Below are positions 45,814 to 55,993 of a DNA stretch of 64,000 nt, one piece after another. The notes beneath the pieces were generated by a model. That model did no database searches. It worked only from the letters and a program-made list of their open reading frames with translations, and had not been told where the DNA came from. Numbering within the stretch: the first letter of the stretch is position 1; the number at the start of each line of letters is the position of its first letter. The stretch is from positions 177,697 to 241,696 of the forward strand of contig NW_013657644.1 of the NCBI RefSeq assembly GCF_000142905.1, in the 5' to 3' direction. This stretch comes from Thecamonas trahens ATCC 50062. Taxonomy: Eukaryota > Protista > Apusomonadida. Position numbers and translations under genes: made by a program.

Positions 45814-46731
45814 ATGGCCGACGCCGCAGCTGGGTTCGGCGCTGCCTCGCTGCGGTATGAGGAGGCGCTGCAGCGGCAGGTGCGGCAGCTGTCGGCGGGC
45901 GTGGCTGCCGCTGAGGCGTGCGTCGGCCGCCGAGGACGCTGCCGTGGCCGTCGCCGAGGCTGCCGACGCCGAGCATCGAGCGCTGCAAGAGGCGCTCGAC
46001 GCGGCGCTGAGCAAGGTCAGCTCGCTTAAGGCGCGCAACCGCGAGCTGGAGGCCGAGGCGGCGCGAATGCCGTCGCTCGAGGCACGTCTGCGCGAAGCCT
46101 GGGAGCGCATCGCCGGCCTGGAGGCCGCTCTCGATGCACAGCCCGACTCTTCTGCTGGCTTTATCCCCCACCTGCTCCCGCCTACGCTGCTCCACCCTCT
46201 GGCGCATTCGATGCCGCTGGCACAGAGCCCGGCCTGCCACAAGCCGTGGCCGCGCGATCAGGTCTCACAGCCGGGGCTCAGCCCCGTCGTCCATGCCCAC
46301 GGGCACACTCGCCGACCGAGGCAAAGTCCCGGCCTCGGCTCTGGGCAGCTTGTTGCCCAGCAGCAGGTCAACGCGCTGGAGGAGCTGCTAGAGGCCTCGC
46401 TTCAGCAGTATGAGGCTGCAGCGGCCGAGGCAGCGACGCTGCGGGCGAGCATCAACAGCGCTGCTGCCGCTGAGCGGCGGGGAGCAGCACAAGCGGCGGG
46501 GCAGCGGGAGCAGCGACCACCAGCGAAGCGGCAAGTGCAACGGCTGCGGATGCTGTCGCAGCTGCGATGGAGGCGGACAAGTTGCGGGCCGAGCTCGTCC
46601 TAGCACGGCGTGAGCTGGCCAAGAGCGCGGCCGAGGCCCGCGAGGCGCTCGCCGGGCGCGACGCTGCCATTGCCGAGCTGCGGGCCAAGCTCGACATGCA
46701 GTTGCGCGCGTCGCAGCGGGCTCATCAATAA
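45814..46731 (+). CDS. Hypothetical coiled-coil protein with two compensating apparent frameshifts (about 45915 and 46480)
   Basis: A/E/L/R-rich heptad segments in successive frames: YEEALQRQVRQL; AEHRALQEAL...; MEADKLRAEL...AHQ*. Confidence 0.5.
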
Positions 46732-46741
46732 AGCCATGACG

Positions 46742-47719
46742 TTAGGCCGGGGCGGGCGCTTTGCGAAACACCACATACCAGTTGTCGCGATCGTAGCGCG
46801 ACTCGACGACGTCGACGCCGTCGAGACCGTCGACGAGGGCGTCGAGCTCGCCGGCGCGGAACAGGTGGTAGTAGCGGTAGAGGATGACGTTGCCGGTAGG
46901 ATCACGCGGAAGGTCGGCGTGCTGAGGCCCTTGGAACCGCGGCGCCAGCTTCCATGGCACAAACGTGTCCTGCCCGTCAAAGGTCCGTGCCTCCTGCTCA
47001 AAGGCCCAGACAGTGACGAGCAGTGTGCCGCCCGGGGCGACGCAGCGCAGCATCTCGGCAACGGCGGCGCGACGTGCGGATGGCTCACGGACGTGGTGCA
47101 GGGCGGCGATGCAGATGGCATGGTCCAGCGCGCCATCACGCAGCGGGAGATCCTTGAGGTCGGCGCGGACCAGGCCCTCGCCCGAGCCCTGGGTCGGGCC
47201 CACGGCGGCGGCGGCGGCCTCGGCAAGCAGGCCAGCGGAGCGGTCGAGGCCGACCATGAGCAGGCGGCGATTGCAAGCCATGTACTTGCCGTTGCCGCAT
47301 CCGATGTCGCCGACCACAGCCCCGTCCGGCAGCGCCTGCAGGTGCGCCTCGACGAGCGGCCAGCCCGAGTGCCGGGTGGCCGAGAAGTGGGCGGCGATGG
47401 CGTCGTAGACGTCGCCCACGTAGACGGCCTCGACCTCGGCCCCGGGCAGCTCATCCAGCTCCTCACTCCGCGGTGCTGCCGCCTCCACCGCCGCTGCCGC
47501 TGCTTCGGCCTTGGCTGCTGCTGCTGCTGCCGCCGCCGCCGCCTCAGCCTTGGCCTTGGCCGCCGCCGCCGCCCGCTCTGCCGCCGCCGCCCGTCCGGCC
47601 ACAATCCGCTGCGCCCGCTCTGACGAGCGATCAAGATGGACGTCCTCGCACGCGTCACCCCGCCCACACCCGCCTACCGCCTCCAAATGAGCAAAGCAGA
47701 TGCGTGTCTTGGCCGCCAT
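46742..47719 (-). CDS. TRM9/ALKBH8-type tRNA wobble-uridine methyltransferase with N-terminal CCCH zinc finger
   Basis: VYDAIAAHFSATRHSGWP, DIGCGNGKY, ICIAALHH, VWAFEQ, RYYHLFRAGEL, DRDNW; N-terminal C-x9-C-x5-C-x3-H. Confidence 0.88.
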   Translation of the reverse strand: MAAKTRICFAHLEAVGGCGRGDACEDVHLDRSSERAQRIVAGRAAAAERAAAAAKAKAEAAAAAAAAAAKAEAAAAAVEAAAPRSEELDELPGAEVEAVYVGDVYDAIAAHFSATRHSGWPLVEAHLQALPDGAVVGDIGCGNGKYMACNRRLLMVGLDRSAGLLAEAAAAAVGPTQGSGEGLVRADLKDLPLRDGALDHAICIAALHHVREPSARRAAVAEMLRCVAPGGTLLVTVWAFEQEARTFDGQDTFVPWKLAPRFQGPQHADLPRDPTGNVILYRYYHLFRAGELDALVDGLDGVDVVESRYDRDNWYVVFRKAPAPA

Positions 47720-47916
47720 CCCGATCGATCCGGTCCCGCCACAACGACGACTGCGACAAGTGTGCCGCAGCAGCCAGCCAGCGGGACCAGCGGCAGTCGC
47801 CGTCCGTCAGCACTCTGCCGGCGGCGATCACGATCACGATCATGATCACCGCTGCCACCACCCCACTCACCCCCACCGCCCCCCCCCCCCCCCCTCCCCC
47901 CTCCCCAACCCACACC

Positions 47917-50049
47917 ATGGCCTCTGTCTCCCGCTCGGAACGTCTCAAGGCGCAGCTGGAGCGCTCGCGGGCGCTGGAGCCGACGCCAACGCCGCCGTCC
48001 GGCACGGCAGGCCAGGGACCGGGTGGACCGGGTGGACCTGGCGAGGCCGCCACGCCACCGTCGTCTACCCCGTCGGGGACAACCTCCACCCCAACCATCT
48101 CCACAGCGACTTCGCCCACGTCTGCCACGCCTCCGTCGTCCACTTCTGCCACGCCCGTGTCCTCATCCCCCGTCACGGCCACGCCGGCGTCCGACTCTGC
48201 GTCTCCGGGCGAGGTCCTCGAGTCGCCGTCAAACACCATCGCGCGGCTGATGGCGGAGCGCCTGAAGGAGATCCTCGAGGCTGCAGCTAATGGAAGGGCC
48301 TTGCTGGGTGACGTGGGCTCGGACCCGGTCTTCCGCGTCCTCTTCAACCGCTACAAAAAGATGGTCTCGTCCGAGTCGCCGCTCGCAGCTGTTCCGACCG
48401 CCCTCGCCCCGTTCTTTGCCCCGCTTGGCATCTCAGTCCAGGGCGGGGGCTCGACGGGCGAGCCGGTCTCGTTTCTCCTTACTTCGGCTATTATTGTCCA
48501 AGCCAAGGCCACCCTCGATCGCGTCAGCGAGTCCAAGCGCGCCGCCCAGGACGCGCGCTCGGGCGTGCAGGTTGCCGAGACGAGGGTCAAGGTGCTCCGC
48601 GCCGACCTCGCTTCCGCCCGCGCCACGCTGAAAGAGACCCAGGACGAAGTCGCCGCCCTGCGCAAGGCGCTGGCTTTGATGAACGCTGAGACGCAGGCGG
48701 CTGTTGCCGCTGAAAGCCGTGCCATGCAAGACGTCCTTCACGCTGCCGAGAACAAGCGCGAGGCCAAGGCGGCCAAGAAGCGCATCCGCGCCCAGATCAA
48801 GGCTCTCACGGCTGCCTCCTCTTCGCAGGCCTTGGTCGACGACATCGATGGGGGAAAGTCTGCTTTGGCGACGTCCACGGAGCCTGCTCGCACCGACCCG
48901 CCTGTGGTCCTCACTGCCGACAAGCTCCGCGAGGTCCGCCAGCTCCTCGACCTTGAGCACATTGCCCGCAGCCGCGCCCAGGTCATCGGCAAACTTCCAT
49001 CGACGTCAGGCAACGCTCACAAGAAGGCCCAAGCCAAGGCCGAGGCCATGCAGGCTGTCTTTGCCGTCCGCTCTGCCCGCGAGGCCGATCCCTCCGCGTG
49101 GGACGCCGCTGTTGCCGCGCTGGAGCGTGTCTCGTTCGACGCCACTGGCGATGAAGACCGCGCCGCCGCAGCCACCGATGCTTCCGCTCCTGACAACGTT
49201 GCTCCCGCGGGGATGGCGCTGTCGGTCCCTGCGCCCCCTTCCGCCTCCAAAGCCTCGCCGTTTGCCGGCCTCGCCCTCGAGCCGGTCGACTTTGAGAGCG
49301 CCGGCACACTTGTCCGCCTCGCGCCGGACGTCCCCTTCCGTCACAACCACACCCTCACGGCAGTCCAGCGCGGCACAGGCTTTAGCCTCCCGGAACGGCT
49401 CGTCGACGCCTTTGAGCCGTACGCGGCGCCGACTTTGGCCACCTTTGATGACTTTGCGGCCGCCGCTGTTGCCGGCGAGCCGCTCGATAGCCTCGACGTC
49501 GAGATTGAGCCTTCGCTGACGGGGGCCTTGCTTCTGACACGCTACCCGTCGTCTGGCCTCCTCCCGCTTCCTGCCTCTGGCCGCGTCCGCCCCACTCCTG
49601 TCAACGCCGACACTGCCGAAGACCGGCTCTACGTCCTCGGTACCAACACCTCGGTCGTCCGGCTTTGCCTCGCCATCGAGTATCGCAAGCGCCAGGCGCT
49701 CAAGTACGTCTCGCAGGACCCGACGCTTGCCGCCATGCACGAGATCTGCGTCTCGTTTCACTGCCTCTACACTATGTACAAAGCCGGCGCCGTCGCCGAG
49801 GACCGCCTCGCTGCCGCCGCCCAGGTCGCCCGCTCTGAGCTCCGCGACATCATCGCCACTTTTCCACCCTGCTCCGCCGATCACACAATCTGTCACTGGC
49901 ACGAGTCGACCCTCTGCCCCTGCTCAAGCAGTGCTCGCTCGCTCTGCCGATGCTGGCTCCCGCTCGCCGTCGTCGCTGCCGCGCACCGCGACGGTCGTTG
50001 GCTTGATCGCCTCTTCGACGGGCTCGGCCATTGCGAGCAGTGGTTTTGA
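47917..50049 (+). CDS. Hypothetical protein (P/S/T-rich N-terminus, coiled coil, Cys/His-rich C-terminus)
   Basis: 710-aa ORF with host-like codon usage after a C-rich upstream tract. Confidence 0.65.
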   Translation: MASVSRSERLKAQLERSRALEPTPTPPSGTAGQGPGGPGGPGEAATPPSSTPSGTTSTPTISTATSPTSATPPSSTSATPVSSSPVTATPASDSASPGEVLESPSNTIARLMAERLKEILEAAANGRALLGDVGSDPVFRVLFNRYKKMVSSESPLAAVPTALAPFFAPLGISVQGGGSTGEPVSFLLTSAIIVQAKATLDRVSESKRAAQDARSGVQVAETRVKVLRADLASARATLKETQDEVAALRKALALMNAETQAAVAAESRAMQDVLHAAENKREAKAAKKRIRAQIKALTAASSSQALVDDIDGGKSALATSTEPARTDPPVVLTADKLREVRQLLDLEHIARSRAQVIGKLPSTSGNAHKKAQAKAEAMQAVFAVRSAREADPSAWDAAVAALERVSFDATGDEDRAAAATDASAPDNVAPAGMALSVPAPPSASKASPFAGLALEPVDFESAGTLVRLAPDVPFRHNHTLTAVQRGTGFSLPERLVDAFEPYAAPTLATFDDFAAAAVAGEPLDSLDVEIEPSLTGALLLTRYPSSGLLPLPASGRVRPTPVNADTAEDRLYVLGTNTSVVRLCLAIEYRKRQALKYVSQDPTLAAMHEICVSFHCLYTMYKAGAVAEDRLAAAAQVARSELRDIIATFPPCSADHTICHWHESTLCPCSSSARSLCRCWLPLAVVAAAHRDGRWLDRLFDGLGHCEQWF

Positions 50050-50257
50050 GGCAAATGTAAAAAAATTGTATGCCACAGTCGCAGTCGAACCAACAACACT
50101 CCGGATTTCCCCCCGTCTTTGCACTTTAGCCACATCCTGCCCCCACTCTTCCCCCCACTCCCATTCCACCACATCCTGGGATGCGCACAGCTATGTCGAT
50201 GAATGCAGCATTCGCACAGGCATAAAAAAAAATCTCTGGCAAGCCAGAGACAGTATG

Positions 50258-50329
50258 TGGAGGAGGCAAGGATCGAACTCGCGGCATCCAACATGCAAAG
50301 CTGGCGCTCTACCACTGAGCTACACCCCC
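50258..50329 (-). tRNA. tRNA-Ala(TGC)
   Basis: GGGGGTG-TAGCTCAGTGGTAGAGC-CCAGC-TTTGCAT-GTTGG-...GTTCGATCC-...CTCCTCCA; G3:U70 pair; U6-U67 mismatch; T-run terminator at 50224-50232. Confidence 0.92.
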
Positions 50330-50705
50330 AAACTGATTCCAGACACCGTTCACAGTAGTTATTAACCCGTACAGCGCATTGCCCTTGCTCTTCCATCCGC
50401 TTCCCAGCACACTCTCCCGCTGCTGCACTCGCCAAATCCTCCTTCCTCCTCCCCTGATCAACCCCTTTACATCCGCGACGAGCCTTGCCATGTCGCCAAC
50501 AACCTCTCATTCTCTCTCTATCGACCGCGACACCTCCGCCACCCGGTCGCCAATACGGCGGACTGTTCCTGGGCGGCGAAATGGGCTCCGCGGCTGGCGT
50601 GCACATGGCTGCGCCACGGCGGCACCACCGGGCACGGCGGCGTTACGGACGGTGGCCACCACTACCACCGTCGTTGCATTTGACTCACCCAGAGAAGCAT
50701 AGCGC

Positions 50706-51977
50706 ATGGGAGGAGGGCAGTCGGTCGAGGCGCCGCTCGAGCTTGCAGAGCTCCCCACCGAGCTGTTCCTTGCGCCGCTGGGCGAGGCGCTCGCGGCGGC
50801 TCGGGCGGCGGAGACGGGCATTGCTCGCGCTTCCAAGCGCGTCAAGCTCACCACCTTTGACGCCGCCTTCTCGGGCGCCGAGGGCCTAGACTGGGCCCGT
50901 CGCTTTGTCGCTGCCCGCATCGCCGAGCGTGAGAGCCCTCCGCCGCTGTCCGCTGCCGTCGCCGACGGCTGGGCCCTGCTCCTCGCCGCCGGCCTCGTTG
51001 TCCCGCTCTCGGCCTCGGCCTCGCCTGCTTTGCTGGGCTCATCAGCCTCGTCGGGCTCATCGAGCCCGCGCGCACGCGCATCATCGGCACCAACTCTCGG
51101 TGAGGCGGCATCCGGGCCTGGGCTTGTCGACTCGGACAAGGCGCTGTATCGGTTTATCATGGACGATCCCAAGGCCGACCTCAATCTCCGCGTCCTGTTT
51201 GTGGGCGAGCCGGGCTCGCCGCACGCCGTGGCTGACAAGCTGAAGAAAGCGTGCCTCTCACTCTATGGTGCATTTCTCGCCGATGACGGCCGCAGCCTCG
51301 ACCGCGAAGGCATGATGTCCTCTGAGGCTTTTGCTGCCTTTGAGGCCGACATTGCCGAGCTGCAGCGGGTTGACCTCGCCGCTCTCGGCCCTGACGACCG
51401 CATCGCCTTCTTTATTAACGTCTACAACATTCTTTGCATCCATGCCCAGTTTGTATTTGGTCCACCGTCATCGGTTCTTGCCCGGCGCACCTTTTTCAAA
51501 AGGGCCCGCTACACCATCGCCCTCCACTCGTACTCGCTCGACGACATCGAGCACGGAATTCTGCGGTGCAATGTGGGCGGCCACTTTACAGACGCCGACG
51601 ATCCGCGGCTTGCCCTCTGTCCGCCGCGCCGCGATCCGCGCATCCACTTTGCTCTCAACTGTGGCGCCGAGTCCTGCCCACCCATCCGCGTCTACGACGC
51701 CGACAAGCTCGACGCACAGCTCACACTCGCGGCCCAGTGCTTCTGCCAATCCGAGGTCTCGATCGAACCGCAGCCGTCGGCCTCGAATGAGCTCATCCTC
51801 TCCATGTCCAAGATCTTTATGTGGTACCACAATGACTTTGGCGCCACAGATGCTGACATGCTGGCGTATCTTATGCCGTTCCTTCCACCTCACGCTGCCG
51901 AGATCATCGCCGAAGCACTCGCCTCGGACACCACGTTCAAGATCGAGTACAACTCGTACTCTTGGAAAGCCATGTAA
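50706..51977 (+). CDS. DEP-like plus DUF547 domain protein
   Basis: FDAAFSGAEGLDW...LYRF (DEP-like); RIAFFINVYN, YSLDDIEHGILR, DPRIHFALNCGAESCPPI, SKIFMWYHNDFG, YSW. Confidence 0.88.
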   Translation: MGGGQSVEAPLELAELPTELFLAPLGEALAAARAAETGIARASKRVKLTTFDAAFSGAEGLDWARRFVAARIAERESPPPLSAAVADGWALLLAAGLVVPLSASASPALLGSSASSGSSSPRARASSAPTLGEAASGPGLVDSDKALYRFIMDDPKADLNLRVLFVGEPGSPHAVADKLKKACLSLYGAFLADDGRSLDREGMMSSEAFAAFEADIAELQRVDLAALGPDDRIAFFINVYNILCIHAQFVFGPPSSVLARRTFFKRARYTIALHSYSLDDIEHGILRCNVGGHFTDADDPRLALCPPRRDPRIHFALNCGAESCPPIRVYDADKLDAQLTLAAQCFCQSEVSIEPQPSASNELILSMSKIFMWYHNDFGATDADMLAYLMPFLPPHAAEIIAEALASDTTFKIEYNSYSWKAM

Positions 51978-52329
51978 AGTGTCGATTGGTGTTGTGATGG
52001 AGCATGCTGGCGCACTTGCGTGCTACAGGCTTGCCACATGTGGAGGCCATCATCGGCGTCATTACCATCATCATGCATCATGATCAAGTTCGTCATTGCC
52101 ATCCCCCTCCCCCCCCCCCTTCCGCCGAGTGACTGCGACTGTAGTGGCTGGCAGTGGCTGGGAGGGGCCACACAGGGCCAGGGAGAGAGCAGCGGCGGGC
52201 TAACGATGACAGAAATTAATCCGTTCCGTTTCTTCCCCCCCCTCCCCCCCATACCTCCTCCGCCCATCACACAACCGCACCCCGCCGACCTGCGCTAGAG
52301 GCTGCACCACTCCTCGCGCAGCAAGCACT

Positions 52330-55300
52330 ATGGCCGCAGCGGAGGAAGGGGACTACTACTCCCACTACTACTACTCGGAAGAGTGTACGTCAACAAACTA
52401 GTTGCTTTAGCCCAGGAGGGGAGGGAGGGTGTGAGGGCGGGACGAGGCTGGAGCGGGTGGCGAGCAGGCGGCCAACCGCAGTCGAAAAAGCAAAGTCCGT
52501 TCGGCGGTGGTGGTAGGCGGCCGGCCGGCCGGCCGAGCGGGCGAACGGGCGGGCGGACGGGCGGGAGGGGCGAACGGGCGACGGTCGGCATGGGCGGGCG
52601 GGCGGGCGGGCGGGTAGCCGGGTGCAGGTAGCAGGCTATGGGCGAGAAACAATAGTGACTTACTGTAGAGTGACTATGGCAGTTGGTGATGATGCGTACT
52701 ACTCCAACTACTACTACTCGTCGTCGTCGGAAGAGGTGGTCCAGCGGCCGGCTGGCTCCATCGCTCTGCCTGCCCTGCCGGGCTCACCGGCGCCTGCCGG
52801 TGATGCTGCTACCGCTGCGCGCGCGCCCTCTCAGCTGGGCAAACGCACGGTGACGGGCATGCTTGGCGACCGGACGACGACCGGGCTTGGCGGGCGGACG
52901 ACGACGGGGCTCGGCGGGCGGACGCTGTCGGGCGTGTCGATGATGACCGGTGAGCTGCCGGACCGGACGACGACGGTGTACGTGAACTTCAAGGGTGTGG
53001 ACCCGCCGAAGGATGGCGGAAAGGCCAAGGCTCCGGAGGAGGTTGTGTACTACAACCAGAAGATGACGGCGATCATGGAGCACTTTCAGTCCGAGGTGAC
53101 GCAGGGTCTTGCCACGGCGGAGGCCAAGCGGCGGCTGGAGAAGTGGGGCGTCAACTCGCTTCCGTCGCCGCCGCCCAAGCCGTGGTGGCGGATTCTTGCG
53201 GGCCAGTTTGGCGACTTTATGATCATGGTCCTCTGCTTTGTGGCGCTCTTTGAGCTTGTGCTCCAGGAGTGGATCGAGGCCTCTGTCCTCATCATTGTGG
53301 TTCTCATGAACGTCATTGTCGGCTTCCAGCAGGAGGTCAAGGCTGAGCGCGCGCTTGCGGCGCTCGAGTCGCTGACTGCGGCACAGGCCAAGGTCTTCCG
53401 CGACGGGGCGTGGCTCAACCTGCCGTCTGCCGAGCTTGTGCCTGGCGACATTGTGGCGCTGGAAGAGGGCGACCTTGTGCCGGCGGATCTGCGCCTGTTT
53501 GAGGTCAACGGCCTGTACGTGGACGAGGCGCGCCTGACGGGCGAGGCCGAGCCTATCGAGAAGATCGACGAGCGCATCATGCACGACGGCATCGGTGTGC
53601 TTACCGTCGGCGACCGGCGCAACATGGCGTTTATGTCGACGCTGGTCACGTCGGGCGTGGCGACTGCGGTCGTGGTCAACACGGGCTCGCGGACGCAGAT
53701 CGGCAAGATTTCGTCGGCTCTCGCGGAGAAGACCGATAAGGAGTCGCCCATGCAGTCCAAGCTCGAGCGACTTGGCAAGATCCTGGTCTTCCTCTCGGTC
53801 TTCCTCTGCCTCCTCGTCATTGCCATTGGCATCATCCGGGTCCGCGCCGAGAAGGGTCGCGTCCGTGGCGAGGACTGGCGCGCGTGGTTCAAGGTCGGCA
53901 TCTCGCTTGCCGTCGCCGTCATTCCCGAGGGCCTTGTGGCCGTTGTCACCGTGGCTCTCGCCGTCGGCGTGCAGCGCATTTCCAAGGTCAACGCCATTGT
54001 CCGCAACATGTCTGCGGTGGAGACGCTCGGCTCGGTCACCGTCATCTGTTCGGATAAGACCGGAACGCTCACCGAGGGCAAGATGCGGTCGGAGGAGCTC
54101 ATTGCGGGCTCGGTGGTTTACGGCATTGCCGGCACCGACATCATTCCCGAGGGTGAGGTGACCCGCAAGTCGTCGGGCGACCTCCTCCCGGCTGACAACT
54201 ACCGCGAGCTCCCGCCGGCGGTCTACCGCTCCATGCAAGTCTGCGCCCTGTGCAACAACTCGTCGCTGGGCTTCAACACCGAGCGCCGCGAGTGGGAGTA
54301 CACCGGCGACCCGACCGAGGTTGCCCTTGAGGTTGCCGCCCGCAAGCTCTCGCTCGGCGCCGAGGTCTGGTCGTCGTCGTTTGGCTACGAGAAGGTCTTT
54401 GAGATTCCGTTCACCTCGGACCGCAAGCGCATGACGGGCGTCTTCCGCTCGACGGGCAAGGGCCCGATGGGCGAGAAGGCCAACTCGGGCGTCGTTGTTG
54501 CCAAGGGCGCCATGGGCTTCCTCCTCCCGGCCTGCACTTCGTTCCTCAACGACGGCGGCGACGTTGTCCCGCTCGACGACTCGATCCGCGAGTCCATCGA
54601 GACGCACAACCATGCGCTTTCCGGCCGCGGCCTCCGCACGCTCGCCCTCGCCTACCGCGACGTCTCGCGCTCGGAGCTTGCCCGCCTCGACGACTCAAAC
54701 CCCGACGCCGTCGAGTCAAACCTCATTTTCTGCGGGCTCATTGCCATGCGCGACCCGCCGCGCGAGTCGGTCAAGGGCTCGATTGCCGTGGCGCACGGCG
54801 CCGGCATCCGCATCACCATGATTACCGGTGACCACCCGACGACCGCATCTGCCATCGCCAAGCAGCTCGGCATCATCAAGGAGGATGAGGATCATCTGGT
54901 TGCCACCGGTGCGTGGGTCGACTCGCGCTCGACCGACGACCTCGTCAACATGACCGAGTTCCCCAAGGTCTTTGCCCGCGTCTCGCCCGCCAACAAGCTC
55001 GCCCTTGTCCGCGCTCTCAAGGCCCGCGGCAACATTGTGGCCATGACCGGCGACGGCGTCAACGACGCCCCGGCCATCAAGCACGCTGACGTCGGCGTCG
55101 CCATGGGCCAGACCGGTACCGACCTCACCATCCAGTCGGCCGACATTGTCCTCCTCGACGACGACTTCAACACCATTGTCTTTGCTGTCGAAGAGGGCCG
55201 CCTCGTCCGCGACAACCTCATGACGTACCTTGCGTACCTGCTGGCCTGCAACGGGTCAGAGATTATGACCATGATGGCCATGGCCATTGCCGGCCTTGTC

Positions 55301-55930
55301 CCGCCCTTCTCGCCCGTCGCCATCCTCTACGCCAACGTCATCATCGACGTCCCGCCGTCGCTCGCCCTCGGCATTGACGTCAAGTCGGAGGGCCTCATGC
55401 ATCGCCTGCCGCGCGACCCCAAGGCGGCCATCCTCTCGATCCGCTCGGTTATCGTTGTCTTCCTCCAGGCCTGCTCCATCTCGGTCTGGACCGTCATTGT
55501 CTACCTCCTCGCCATCTACGTCCACAACTACGAGCTCGACAACGACGACCTCGAGGCCCGCTCGCACGCCCGGTCGCTCGCCTTTGTCACCCAGGCCTGC
55601 ATCCACCTCTTCCACTCGTACCCGGCCCGCTCCATGTCGCAGTCGGTCTTTAACAAGGCTGCCCTTGGCAACAAGGTTCTCAACTACGGCATCGGCATCT
55701 CGCTTGCCATCCTCATCATCATCTGCTACATCCCGGGCCTTGGCCCCGAGCTCGACCAGTGGCCGCTCAACGTCCGCGACTGGGCCTACGTCATCGGCGC
55801 CGTCATCATGCATCTGCTCGTCACCGAGGTCATCAAGTCCATCCTCGTCCGCAGCATTTTCCTTGCTGATGCCGACAAGGTCGACGAGTCGGTCGATACC
55901 GGCAAGCCCAAGTTCTTCAAGGACATGTAA
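52330..55930 (+). CDS. P-type II cation ATPase (ENA/IID-like or IIA-like); exons 52330-52384, 52683-55930
   Basis: [40 protein letters not shown]; GTACGT...CTTAC...GGCAG intron joins in frame. Confidence 0.93.
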
Positions 55931-55993
55931 GTGGTGCTCTCAGTTTGCAATAAAACACTCTACCAGTTACTGTATCCAGTCAGTGGGAGCGCG

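Noticed and set aside
3208-50329. The two tRNA-Ala genes as direct repeats bounding an integrated element
   Set aside because: They have different anticodons and stems, the enclosed genes are core eukaryotic genes, and no integrase is present
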